From: Adineta vaga
Lineage: Eukaryota > Animalia > Rotifera
DNA length: 64,000 nt
Direction: 5' to 3'
Assembly: GCA_021613535.1 (NCBI GenBank)
Contig: CP075493.1
Coordinates: 2,852,001-2,916,000, forward strand
Made by a program: the position numbers and the translations under genes. The notes below the pieces were generated by a model that had not been told where the DNA came from, did not search any database, and saw only the letters and a program-made list of their open reading frames with translations. This document shows, in pieces, positions 37,838-54,597 of this stretch (position 1 is the stretch's first letter; each line of letters opens with the position of its first letter).

Positions 37838-40658
37838 CTATGATGAATTGCCATTCTTTTTTCTAAAACGAATATTTTGAAATGATTTAAAAAGTTTTGT
37901 AGATATCGGTTTGCGAATCTTTTCAGGTGATGATGAGGATTGACCTTCATCATTAGATGAATCATGAAATTGAGAATGTCGATCATATTGTATTTGTTGC
38001 TGCTGTTGCTGTTGTTGTTGATCATCAGAAATTGAATCAATATTATCAACTTGATGATCTGGTATACCTTCAAATAAAGATTTGGTTTGTTTGGATGACG
38101 AAGAACTATCTATTAATTCATAAGTATTTTGGCGATCGATTGTATTGGAATTTAAATGTAAATCGAGATTACCATTTGTGGAATTTGAATAAGATACAGG
38201 TGGACTTTGAGGAGACCGAGTATTAAGTATTGCACGTCGTTTGAGTGCTATAGATGGGGAATTTGATTGATCAATTCCACTATCCGATTGACTAATTGTA
38301 TCTTGTTGCGAAGTTTGAGTTGGAAGTAGAGAGTTCATGGATATACCACGAGTATTTAAATTACTAGAAGAAAAAACAAATAATTTCATTGATAGGTACA
38401 TATATTAATAGATTTTTAGGTTAATATTAAGAGGGTGTGTGAAAGGTTTATGAGATAGTTTAGATCATATTCAATATGTTTCTTTTCTCTTCATCGTGCG
38501 TCATAAATTTGAGAAGAAAATATCGAAACGCCTACTGCAAATAGCATATGCTCGTTTTTCACAATCAGTTTTATTATTTCAGGTACAGAATTTCTTTTTC
38601 AAGTCTCTTATATGCATACCTGTTTGGTTTAATAATGTTCGTCGAATCATTGTTTGTATTGATTAAATTAATTGAATCAGTTGTTATCGGTTTTGATCGA
38701 TTTATTGAATCTAAAATATACATTGAATATTTGATATCAATTTTTCTAAAAACATCAATTACCATTGGATGTACCAATCAAATCAACTCGATCAAGTAAT
38801 GATGCAATTCTATTCCAACGTCTTTCACGTTCTTCATATTCTTCATGAACTTCTGCCAAACGTTCTCTATTCAATCAACAAAATTTTAATTGAATTCTAA
38901 GAAATATCAAATTTACTTTGCTGCATTGATTAATTCACCAATATTATCCATACAACCTGTATGAGCAATACGTACAGCACCGAAAAAGCCTTTTTGCATT
39001 TTCGAAATTTTATTCATCTAAAAAAATTTACTTTTCCCAAAAACAATGAAATTCTAAATTATTCCTACCTGTTCTTTAGCAGTAAGCATAGCAGTTTCAG
39101 CTAATTTACGTTTCGTTTCGAAAGATGTTTCTTCCAGAGAATAAGTACGTTTAAGTAAATCAATTAACTCAGAGGGAGCTTCATATGATTGATGACGAGC
39201 ATGTTCTTCTGCTTTACGTAAAGCAATACGTAACTAAATAGATTTAATACGAAGAAATAAAACTGTTTTGTTTCTTTTCTTTTTTTTTTGCAAAATTTAC
39301 TTGTTCTATTTCTTGAATAGCTAAACGAACTTGTTTATCAGCTTCAACTGTTGTATCACGACGTTTTCGAAATTTCTCTGCTTCTTCCTGAAAAACAAAA
39401 GATTAATTGCATACTTTCAAATCAATGTTAATCATCAGAAAATTTCGCGTATTTACTTTCGTTCGTTGGACTTCAACAAACCAAGAATTTAATAATCCTC
39501 GATCAACTTTCGTTTTATCTTGTAATTCATTTTCCATTGCTTTCACTCTTTACAAAAGAAAAATTTATTTTTAATCATGACAAATCGTTCTTTTATTAAT
39601 TCATACTTTCCCGTTACAGCAATTAAATCACCTTCAGCTTGTTGTAAAGTTTCCAATTCTTTCATCATTATATTCATATTTTCCTGCGTTTTTCGATGAC
39701 GAATGAATGCATATAGACAAGCACCAATAGATATTAGTAGAGCAGATATTAAAATCATATCTTTAACTAAATTATGAGTACCTGACAAAAAAATAAAATA
39801 AAACAATGGATGATAAATTTTCGGATAGAAAAGAATTTGATGTCATACGTTGAGGAGGACCAAATAGAACAATATCGGTCGATTTGATAATTAGACGACG
39901 TTTATGTCTTGGATCACGTATTTGCATAATTGCAGATAGATATTGTTTTTCATTCGCTGCTAATCTAAAAAACAAAACAGAGAAAAATGTTTGACTAAAA
40001 GAAAAACGTTTACCTTGGAATCATTCGACCATCAATTTGATTACGACGAAAATATTCCACATAAATTGAAAGATGAACATGATGAACAAGCCAATGAATA
40101 ACATCATCGTTACTCCAGTTATAAACTTTAGAAGAAAAAGCAAAGACTTGACTTTAGATTTTAATTGGAAGAAAATTCAAAACCAACCAGGATTATTCTT
40201 CCATTGTGTCCATAAATCTTCAATTGTAATTTGTAAATCAGCATTTTGAAATCGACGATATCGAACAGAATCTGTTTTTGATTCTAATTCTTCATGAATA
40301 AACTAAAATATAATATCGTTAACATAATTACAAAAGTAAACTTGTTTTTAATCAAAATTTACATCACGACTTTCCGATGCTTCAATTAACCCATCTTTAT
40401 CATCATCCATTTGTTCATGTATTGCTTTGATTGCTTGACGACCAAGTCGTTCTTTATCAGCATCTGTACAAAGATTAAATACTCCAGTACAATCTAGGAA
40501 AAACACCAAAGATCGATAGAAAAATATTTCAAATTATTAAAGAAAAACTTACCTGGATCGGGAATATTATAAGCAATATTATTATTATTATTTGTATTCG
40601 ACTGAATGCAATGAAATAATGTAAAAATGAAAATAAAATAGAGAATAATACGATCCAT
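37838..40658 (-). CDS. STIM1: Stromal interaction molecule (ER Ca2+ sensor)
   Basis: Signal peptide; EF-hand IHEQMDDDKDGLIEASE; SAM domain NWSNDDVIHWL..HVHLSIY...DIVLFGPP; TM helix; coiled-coils; CAD/SOAR-like GFFGAVRIAH...ERERRW; polybasic C-tail. Confidence 0.93.
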
Positions 40659-42419
40659 TTAACCGCATGAATCTCTAAAATCTAATCAATAAAAACAAAA
40701 AACAAAACGATGCAAGTTCGAAATGTCAATGAAATATCTAAGAATAGATGTATTACTTAAATCGATACGTGTACAATGAATTCATTTTGTTCGTGTTTTT
40801 TTTAATATTTATGTATGCACGAAGCGTTATTATCATTATATACGTAAAGATGAGAGAAAAAAACAGTAAAGATTAAGATCTCAATTAACTATACACATTT
40901 GTTTCTTCTAGAGAACGAACGAGACTATGGAGTGTAGTTGTATAGATAGACGAACTACTGTTGTTCTAATGGAAATCGTTTTCGTTTTTTCTTTCTTCTG
41001 ATGAGAGAAAGATATGGGAGAGAAAAAGAATGAAAATTTGTTTTTACCAGCTGATGTTGTCTTTCAAGCGTAGCTGGCATTTTTACAAATAAATAGTACA
41101 CGTATTCGATCTTCTGAAAACTGAAATCGAATCTTTTCTACACATAAACACAGATATGTGTTGCTTTGTTTCAGTTATTTAAATAGCAAAGAACAAGAAT
41201 CATATTTGATACACTTGAAAATATTTTAAGGAGTCATAAATCAGATAAAAAAATCAATAATCATATTGAAAGTATTGTTTGAATAAATATTTGCTGAAGA
41301 GGAGAAGACAGAAAGAAGAAAGAAAAAGAAAAACGAGACGATTTTCATCGTGATTTACTTACCGATGATAAAGAAGATTGATTGATTGAATAACGGATTC
41401 GCTTATCTTATGATGAGAAGAAGAGAAGAACATACTCAATGAATGAATCATTCAATTGTTATAATGAGATGATCATGATCCAATAAGAAATTTTTAAATC
41501 GATTTTCTCATTGGATACGTAGAAAAACCTCTGGTCTGATGCACATAGTTAAATTTATTTGTCTCGAATAAATTTAATAATTTGTCAATAGAAATTGATC
41601 AAATATAGACAATAAAAAGTATGTATTTTCATTCTGTATTCTCTAAGGAAAGAAAATGATAACTAATATCAACGATCTATGTCTTAACTGCTGATGAAAA
41701 AGAAAAGAGTGTGAATGATTCACTTGACATAATAATCGTTACAATATGATTAACTTTTAACGCGATAACAGATTAACATTACGTTACTAAGATATTGCTT
41801 ACGTCTCCGAATGATGACATTTACAAGATGATTTTCAGAAATATGGATTAGAGGAAAGGAAAATGTTTTTCTACGATATGATATGAACATCAATGTGTGA
41901 GTAGAATGTTCTAAAAACTAATTATAAACAAACTTTTTTTACCATGAAAATGTAATATGAAACGTGTATTTAGTAATCTGAACTGTTTCTTGCATAGTTT
42001 TACATTCTATCTTCTATTCGGAAAGTCTCTAGAGAAAAAACATCACTTACATTGTGAATGACTTCATTTAATACAAACGAACGAGCATCAATGATAGTGA
42101 CGTATGAATGGAATTAAACGACAGTATACGATGCTTTTATAGGTGACGCCACAGATTTAATAGATTTTTTATTCAAGCAACTTTGTCATGTCTAAAGAAT
42201 AAACTTTCATAGGATTGTTTTTAGATAAAAATGAATAAGTTCACTAAGTTAAAGTCAATTATTATATTCATACGATGTCAAATTTAGAAAAAAGCATATC
42301 GCTGATTGATTTTGATTTAAACCAATCAACTGTTATTTCATATTTATCTTTCAAATAAATATAATATCGTTTCGTCTTCAATGTATTTCTCTTAAATAAA
42401 ATAGATTACTGTAAAAAGA

Positions 42420-44453
42420 ATGTCTCTTTATGATGATGATCCATTAGAATCGAACAAAGAGAGTAATACAAAAGGTATGTCAAAAAACTAAAATAAACAA
42501 TATTCTTTTTTTAAATTCATATCTTTTCGTTTAGTCGGAGGATGGTCAGAATCAATTAAACTACTTCATGGATCTATTCATGCAAAAAAATTTCATCAAC
42601 AACAACTCAAAGTAAAATATATTCTTTTTCTAATGACATTAATTTAATTTCAAATCTTTTTAGAAAGATACACACAAAAATGTTGTTGTTGCACCTGTTG
42701 CTGATTTGCGTAAAAAACGAGCACCACCCTTGCCACGTCATCCAAATGCTGAAGTTACATTTAATAGTATTACTGGCAAAGTTTGTAATGAATTTTAAAT
42801 GAATAATGTTGATTTTGTTTTCCTATTTTAACTTCTAGATGGAAGTACGAGATAGTAATTCTCAACCTTATGATACAAGTGGACCAACACCATCCGTGAC
42901 AGCATTAATACAAAATATTACATCGAATATGTCTGCGTTTGGTTATGCAGATGAATATGATCCATTGAAACCAAATGATTATGAAAAATTAAAAGAACAA
43001 CGTAAACGTGAACAATATCAACGTGATCGAGAATTAGAACGTCAACGAAAAGATGAAGGCGAACCAAAAGGTTTATATGATGATGATGACGACGACGATA
43101 ACAATAATAAAGATATTGATGATAGTGAAAGTTCAAATCGAGTAACGAATGATCGACCAGTACGAAAAGGAAATGTTTTTGCACCACCACCATCGTTAAT
43201 TGAAGAAGATAAACGTGCAAGTAGTAATAATCAAAATGAAGCAGGTAGTTTTATTTCAGCATTTAGGAAATAAATGCTCAAAGATTTTTATAGATACAAA
43301 AGATGATTTTTCATCAGTACCTCCATCAAATTCAGATGAACGTATTGAAGATATGGAAACAGAAAGTGCAACATCAACTGCTGGTTTTGGATCTAAAAAA
43401 GGGTAACTAAAATTCTATATATCAATACGACATTCAAAATATTGATATTTCCTATTTTTTAGCGCGGCTGCAGTTGCTAAAATGATGGCTAAAATGGGTT
43501 ATCGAGAAGGTCAAGGTCTTGGCAAATCTCAACAAGGTATTAGTTCTGCTTTGATCGTCGAAAAAACCAGTAAACGTGGTGGCAAAATTATACTAGAAAA
43601 AGAAGCACCAATGAAAGGTAACAACTTTAAAAAACTTGATTCTTACGTCTATCTTAATTGATATAGATTTCATTTTACCTACACCACCTCCACTAGTACC
43701 AAATATGATGCCTCCACCTGCAAGTCTTGCTCCAAAAGCAGATTCTGGTATTAATCTTTCTACAGAATTGAAAGGAGCAACAAAAGTTGTTCTTCTCAAA
43801 GTATGCTCATTCGTTGTAACGAAGAATCTTGATTGAAATTGATGATTCTATTTTAAGAATATGGTTGGACCAGGTGAAGTTGATGATTTACTCGATAGTA
43901 AGTATTCATTACTGTATTCTTAGTAAATAAGTGTACTTGTTTTAGGTGAAACGAAAGAAGAATGTCAAAAATATGGTGAAGTAGAGAAATGTCTTATTTT
44001 CGAAGTATTTACATATTATAAAAAAGGATTGAAAAAATAGTTCTATTCGAAAATTCTTCTCTCCTAGATTCCTGATTCACCGGCTGATGAAGCTGTACGA
44101 ATATTCGTTGAATTCAAACGAGTAGAATCTGCTATTAAAGGTATGTATATAGTCTCATATCTAGTTGAATGGTTTTAATGCGAAGAAATTGTTTGGTACC
44201 ATGTTCGAATCTAATTTGAGGAAAAGTCTTTGCTATGATGATGTAAATGATAGGTATGATACAAATTCATGATTCCATATCATAGAGCCAAAAAATATGT
44301 CTGAGCAAAGATTGATAATTATATTATTTGTTATTTTCCTTAATTTTAGCTGTTGTCGATATGAATGGACGATACTTTGGTGGACGTGTTGTTAAAGCAA
44401 AATTCTACGATTTCGATAAATTTCATCAATTTGATTTGGCTGATGAATCTTAA
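42420..44453 (+). CDS. RBM17: Splicing factor 45 (G-patch + UHM)
   Basis: MSLYDDD, DEYDPLKPNDYEK, G-patch KMMAKMGYREGQGLGKSQQG, and UHM KVVLLKNMVGPGEVDD...KEECQKYGEV...AVRIFVEF...MNGRYFGGRVVKAKFY. Confidence 0.95.
44227..44311 (+). ncRNA. Candidate intronic C/D-box snoRNA in the last RBM17 intron
   Basis: Canonical C box ATGATGA (44235-44241) and D box CTGA (44301-44304) are closed by a 7-bp stem TCTTTGC/GCAAAGA. It sits in the only enlarged (~210 nt) intron of the gene. Confidence 0.7.
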
Positions 44454-44554
44454 TCTCATCGATTTCTTTGTCTTGTACAGTTTCTATGATTAATAAAACC
44501 TAGGAAATACAATTCTTTTCAAAGTATGATTGTTTTTCTCTAGTTTTCTAGATC

Positions 44555-47610
<3,056 letters not shown>

Positions 47611-49520
47611 TTTATTTATTTATTTCTATTTTATGTGAATTATTTTTAATCAAAGAAAACAAAAGTTATACATTTACTTTTAAAGTTTTAAATTACAGAC
47701 TCTCGTTCATCTATATTCATAGTTCAGAAATAAAATAGAAAGTATCGAACGTATGCCATTGAAATATTAGTAAACTTTAATTGATATGTTTTCTTTCGTA
47801 GACGAAATCTTGACGTCTATACTTACGATGTTAATATTTATCATCTTGTAATTTTATTTGATTGAGTTTAGATATGAATTCATACGTATTTGTCACGCAT
47901 TCATTATTTGTCTCATGTAATTGATGAATTATATTTAGTACAAATTAAGAAAGACGATATTAGATCTAGTCATATATAGTTGGGTTTTTTTTTTGTTTAT
48001 TTCATTTGTAAATACAAGTAAGTCTTAGAACTTTTTATAACGAAATATTCAAGTTATACTTACTGATGATGTTTTTTATTATCTATTCATTTATTTCATA
48101 TCCGGAACGTTGATATGTATCTTTGAAATAACATTTGAATAGAAATAATTGTAGACTTATCTAAAAACAATTATTCATCTACATTGTCTACTAGAGTTGT
48201 AATCAAATTGTTTTTTTTTCTTCTTTCTCTTTCGTAATTGTAATCTTATCTGATCTGATAATCAATCATTGTCGTCATAGTCTGCTTTATATACATAATG
48301 TATACTTGTTTTTTTTCTCATCAGATGATATCATGTTTTTCATTTACAATTCAAATCTATTTTATTCACAGGAAAAAAATTAATGTTCGTGATTCAGTTT
48401 ACTATTTTAATTTCATATACTCATGAATTGATTCCGAATATTTCTAATCCGATTCATCTACTTCTGATTGATAATGATAGATGAACAAAATAAGTAATTG
48501 GCCTATTTCGATTGAATATATATCTTGATAAACTTATCATCTAACTGATCTCTTGACCTCGATTATAATCGACCTCCTAATGAATAGTTAATGGATTTGT
48601 GCATTCTAATCGGTGCAATATATTAGAAACTTGATTCATCCATCTCTAGTGATGTTTTAATGTTCGTTGATATATACTTCATTTATTTAAACGATTTGCT
48701 CGTGCTTCAATTACTTTGTTTAATTCATTTGATATGTACAAAATTGAAGATATCTTTGTTGTTTTGCTAATGATGATGATGATGATGTTGATGACGATGA
48801 AAAGATGACCGTCTATGAAAAGAATCGAACCATATTGTTCGTCTGTAGACATAATTAATTTATTTTTTTTGTAGAAAAATATTCATATGGTTTGTATTGA
48901 TGAAAAGTATACTATTCACATAACGATATATCATTAGATAATTCAATCATAGATGATGAAAACTTCCGTTTTTATTTTGCTACATACTTGTATTTTATGG
49001 TAGTTGACTATTGAAAATGAAATTTCTATTTGTTTTCGAATTTTTGATAGGCGAAAATAGTGGCAATGATGCAACATTTAGCTTATCTTTTCTTTTCATA
49101 TCAATTTTTTTTTTCGATAACATTTTTTTGTAATATTTTCATATAACATTACGAATATATCAAAATAAAAAGTACGCATTGAAGTGAATGTCTTATTTTG
49201 AACTGATAGCCATAACGATTATATTGCACGTAGTTTCTTTTTCTTTTTTTGTTGTATGAACAAAAAAATAAAACAACTATCGTCAGTTGTCTTCGTATCT
49301 ATTATATATCTAATGATATACATACGCATTGGTCTAATATAAACTAGGTTTGATAAATCGAAGCTGACAAGACCATCTCTAGATGAACGCGAGAAGCCTG
49401 GGTTAATGTTACTTATCATTAGATTGACTCGAAAGAAAAAGAAAAAAAGATACGCTTACTGTCCACGTTTATCATCAAAAAAATATATATTGTGTATTGA
49501 CGATAGGCGTGGACCATTGC

Positions 49521-49530
49521 CCATTAATGG
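49521..49530. promoter_or_regulatory. Consensus CArG box (CCATTAATGG)
   Basis: Perfect CC(A/T)6GG about 220 nt upstream of the ATG at 49747, in a locally GC-richer promoter-like patch that also has an inverted CCAAT and a TATA-like element near 49622. Confidence 0.35.
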
Positions 49531-49746
49531 GTAACATAAGGAAAAAGTTTGTCACCTTCTATTGAACACGCATCTATCACGGTCCATTGGTTAGTTGTTT
49601 GAATGATGCGTTGCGTCCACGTATATTTATATCGGTTCATTTTTGCGTGTGCGAAGTATCACAAAGAAAGGAAGACGGAGTAAAAGTTATTACACGCGTC
49701 ATCTTCTCAGTTCGAAATAACATTGACAAACAAAAGAACTTCTAAC

Positions 49747-51813
49747 ATGGCATTATTAGAAGATCCAACTATTCAACGTATTCTTAATGAAGTTAACAAA
49801 GCCGCTACTGGTGGCGTCTTTGGTCTCGCAGGAAATTATATTCCTGAACCATCGAAATCTTCATCACAATTTCCAAGTTCAAAAAATGATTTTTTTAATC
49901 AACAGCAACAACAACAACAACAACAACAACAAGTACCTATTTTCTATCCAACATCGGATATGTTTAATCTCAATGGTCTACCAAGTTTTGATGGAAATTT
50001 TGATATGAATTCAATGGAATCGATTGTACCAATTGCTACTCCAAATAATTTTGACCTTTATAATTCAGGTTTATATGATACAATGGCACAAAGTATCTTA
50101 TCACCCTATGAAAATTATAAAAATGGTTTTTTAAATACGAATAATAATAATACAAATAACGGAATACGTTCAGCATCAAGTATGTCATCAATTAATAATG
50201 AATTATTATTAGAACATCATCGTCATCAAGAATATCCAACTATTCCACCAAAAATTACAGCAGCTGTACCAAATCTTGGTTTAAATCTACGAACAACGCC
50301 ACCCATGGAAACCATGCCAGTTAATGTTAGTGAAGTTGGCGATGAAGTTATTCCAAATGAAACAACAGATACAGCAACAATGGATTTATTAGCTGATAAA
50401 GATGATAATCTATCAATTCCACCGAATAATAATGAAGAAATGGAATCACCACATATTTGTAAGAAATATTATTTAATTCCTTCATCGTTATCCACATAGT
50501 TTTTCTCTCTTTTTTTTTGAAGCTTCAGCTGGTCGAATTTTTTATGATCCAAATCCACAAATTATTCAACGTAAAGGTTCAAATTCTGTTACATATAAAC
50601 AAAATATTATTGTTCGATTTTTACAACCACCACCAATTCCAAATGCTGGTCCACTTATTATAAAAGAAGTCAGTTTCAATTCGTTAATCATCATCATCAT
50701 CATCGCAATTTTATAATCTATGTTCTTATTTAGATCAGTGGTCCTCAACAACAACCATTGCCACCACTTGTTATTAAACGTAAATTACATTCTGAATTCT
50801 TTGTTTCTTAATTTAAAATTCATCTTCTATCTTTTGAAGAACGTCCACCACCTCCAAAAACCCCACCACCAATTATTATTCGTGAAAGACCACCTCCACT
50901 TCCATCAAGTCTAGCTACTAAAGTGATCACGCGGTATGAAGATAGAAAAAATCTATATCATTTAATCTAAACAATTTTTCTCTATTCAGTCATTTACCAC
51001 CTGAACCAGCTCCACCACGTGCCGTTATTATTGAACGTTTACCACCTTTACCACCAAAGCCACGTGATATCATCATCGAACGTTGGTTACCATATGAAAT
51101 AGTCAATCAAAAACGTAAAGTTATCGTTGAACGTGTACAAAAATCAAACAAAGAATTTGCTCAACCAAAAAATGTGATCATAACGTATGTCTTTCATATG
51201 ATATTTTCTTTTTTCTGAATTTCATTCGTATTCTCTAGATATGAACCAGTACATGCAAAAATTGAACGACATTTTCAAAAGCAAAATATTATTCGAGAAG
51301 ATCCACAATCCTATTCTGATCGTTTTGGTGAACACTTGTGTGATCCAAATTCAGTAGTTCAACAAGCTCGTGCTGCAGGAGTTCTTGAAGATCTAGTAAG
51401 AAGAAAAGAAAATTGTTCATTTCATCTTGATTATTATATATAAATATATTTCTTCATAGAATCCACCGTCATCATTTATGAAATCAACAACGAATAGTGT
51501 TGCAACAGGTACAACAGATTATGAAACTATAATGAAGAAAACAGATGAACAAGAAGAAGATCCACTTGATGATGATAATAATCAACAAGAACAACAAGAA
51601 GTTGTTTCTTCTCCTATTGAAAATGCTCAAGAAGATGATGTATTAGTCGAAGAAAATGTTACACCATTTTATATGAATACAGGTATTGAAATCAATCAAA
51701 ATATCTTTCATATTATTCATATTTGAATTTCTTTAGGTGAAAATCTTCAACAAACTTTTCATCGTTTAGGTTTTGACATTCCAGATACAATGATGAATGA
51801 ACATCATTTTTGA
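49747..51813 (+). CDS. Uncharacterised Pro-rich repeat protein (PPP-hydrophobic-(R/K)E repeats)
   Basis: About seven exons. Core YDPNPQIIQRK...YKQNIIVRFLQPPP...GPLIIKE...PPLVIKQRPPPPKTPPPIIIRERPP...PPRAVIIERLPPLPPKPRDIIIERWLPY...KRKVIVER...PKNVIITYE. Low-complexity polyQ/N N-terminus and acidic C-terminus. Confidence 0.8.
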
Positions 51814-52050
51814 GATTGAAATGTCAAATAAAACATTTTTTCTTCGTTCTTCATTTCGTTTTGTTGTATTTTTCTATAGTTATCGTTTAATAGAAACGAA
51901 AAGTTTTTTCTTATATATATATATATATATATCTTTAATGTGATCAATAAAATGAAAGCAAAAAAGAAACACAATATGATGTTTGAAGATAAAAAGAAAA
52001 CGTTAAAAGAGTCAATCAAAAACCATTCATGTACGGTTTATGGATTTTTT

Positions 52051-53198
52051 TCACCAACCATTGTTGGAGACTTTTGGTGCGAATTGTGATTGAGCAACGA
52101 CACGTCGAGGTGGAGTTGCAGAGGACATAAAAGCAGTATTAACTATTGGTTTTATAACAGATTGTTGAACGAATTCATCATCGGAACTGAATGACACTGG
52201 TCGTTGATTTTGGGTTTTAAACGATGAACTGAAACCATTGAATTGTTGTGTTTGTTGACTACTATAGAGAAAGAGAAAGAGAATGCATTCGTTTTCGAAT
52301 GAAATTATCCTACTTCCAATTTGGTTGTTGAGGAATTGTATTAAGTTGTTGTTGATTTCGTTTTGCATTAAGTGTGTTTTGTTGAATATTTAAAGCAGTC
52401 TAAACAAGTTCAAAGTAAATTTATTTTTATCAATACAAGATTTGTATTCCTACTGGCCGAAGAAGAATTTGTTTTGGACTAATTGGTTGTACATCTTGTG
52501 CTTCATTGCTAAATTTAACAAAGAAAATAGATATGATTTTCTCGAAATCTAGCTTTACCTGAAGACATTTTGGTTTAAAAGATTCGATTGTTGACCGTGA
52601 AATCCTTTAAGAAGAGGTGATCGATCGAATTGAGTTGTAACTGGTTGTTGAAATTGAAGAGTTTGTGATACAGGTGGTTGCATATCAAAGTTAGATTGTG
52701 GAATAAGTTTTTGTTGTCCAAAAGCTTTATTGAAATTTTGATTGTTATTTGTACTGATTATATGATTTTGTTTTGGTTGTGGACTTAAAGCACTGGATTG
52801 TCGATATTCAGATTTATCTTGTTCTTGATTGACATTTGAAAATGATGATCGCATGGATGGTCGAAGAGCAATATTCTGTTTACTGAAATAAGAGTAACCA
52901 GCACCACTATTATCAACGGTATCAGTATCGTCTTTAGTTACTGTTCTACAAAAAATAGAAAATTGATTTCTTTTTGTAGACATCATAAATGATCTTACTG
53001 AAATGTTTTCTGTGTATTCGAACCTATCGAAAATCAAAATTAATGATTGATTTTTTTAATATTCATTTTCTTACATACCAGTAAATGGAAATGAAGAGCA
53101 ATAAGCCAAAAACACAAGAATTAAAAATACCTGAAAGATATGGAATTAATCGAGTGCTTTGATGAACTTATTCTTACGATTATACGTACTCGATACAT
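52051..53198 (-). CDS. Secreted low-complexity Q/N/S-rich orphan protein (~280 aa)
   Basis: Seven phase-compatible exons: MYRVRII|VFLILVFLAYCSSFPFT (signal peptide)|GSNTQKTF|QTVTKDD...|SNEAQDVQP...|TALNIQQNTLNAKRNQQQ...|NSQQTQQF...KVSNNGW*. Confidence 0.7.
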
Positions 53199-54597
53199 AG
53201 TTTATCTTATTCTTTTCTATAAATTCTCTTGTTATGAAATGAAAGCATTTCAAAAGTAAGATCGATGCATTTATACATATCGATGTGGAATTTAATGTGA
53301 CGAAATGACCTATACTTTTAAAAGAGATTATTTTCCTTTCTCTATGAATGTGTGTGTGTGTGTTTATTGACTGCCTCGATATAAACAAAATGTTGGTTGT
53401 AATTTTATATGATGATAGGATCGCATTTCGATTGTTCTATGTGAATATATATATATATATATACATATATGTATATCTATCGAGGGTTTTGTTGAATGCT
53501 AAGTTATAAATAAGGTCAGATGACTGAATACCTTGTAAAGTTCCTATTACTATTCAATCGATCAGATGATTGGAAGAACAAGAAGAATAATAATAATCCT
53601 ATGAATTGGAATGTGACATTTAGAATCATATGTTATATCACTAATTACGAATGAAAACATTTTCTTGCGTATGTTCTGCTTTTCGCGAGTACATTGTGTA
53701 CATAATGCATTTATTATCTTAATAAGAATCGACAAATCATGTTTCTTTTTGCATGTTAAAAGATATTTTTAATTATAAACATAAGAAAATCAGTTGTTCT
53801 TCAGGATATGACATGTCTGAAAGATATTCTTTTAGAAGATTTTTTATAAAAATATGTTGATAATTCGATGTTTTTACATATGACTTTATTATTGATGTTA
53901 ATCGTTTGTAATCTTCACGCCTACATTATTTCTTTTGTTTATTTAACTATAATTAGACTTTGTAGAGTAGTTTTCTAATCATAATTGATCTATTGATTGT
54001 TTACGTATGAAAATATCTTTTAAAATGAAGATTTTCTTTTTGTAATCTATATACTGAATAACACTTGTCGGAGGATTCTTTTTTTTATATTTTTAGATAG
54101 ACGGAAAACTTCCTTTTGCTCTTCATTGGTTCTTATTTTGTAAAGCGGTTAATAAGATTTCTCTCGAGATCTAATAATTGTCTACTAGTATATAAGAAAA
54201 CAAAAAACTGATGAATGTAAGATCCTTTTTCCTTTCTCTATTCAACTCGAATCAAATCAGAAAGACATCAATTCACATCGACATACGATAAAAAATGATT
54301 TTCTTCTTTTCACATCTCTCGTCAATATATTAGATATTTCTTAATTATTTTCGTTCGACTAATCTATTATTTAACAATATGTATGTTCATAATCAAATCG
54401 TCTGTTTTTTTTTCTTTTAAAAAATAAAAAAAAAGAAGAAGAAGAAGAAGAAAATCCTTAGGTTAAACGGGATAAAAAGAGCAAACAATACACATACACA
54501 CATCACAAATGCGGCGGTGTAGTGGATGGAAAACAGAACATATGCATATAGATATATAGATATATATATAGAAAAGAAGAAGAAAACCGGTTTTGAA

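Noticed and set aside
48679-48852. 57-aa minus-strand ORF MSTDEQYG...IIIIII...ISNELNKVIEARANRLNK
   Set aside because: The hydrophobic core comes from an (ATC)n microsatellite. There is no homology or splice support.
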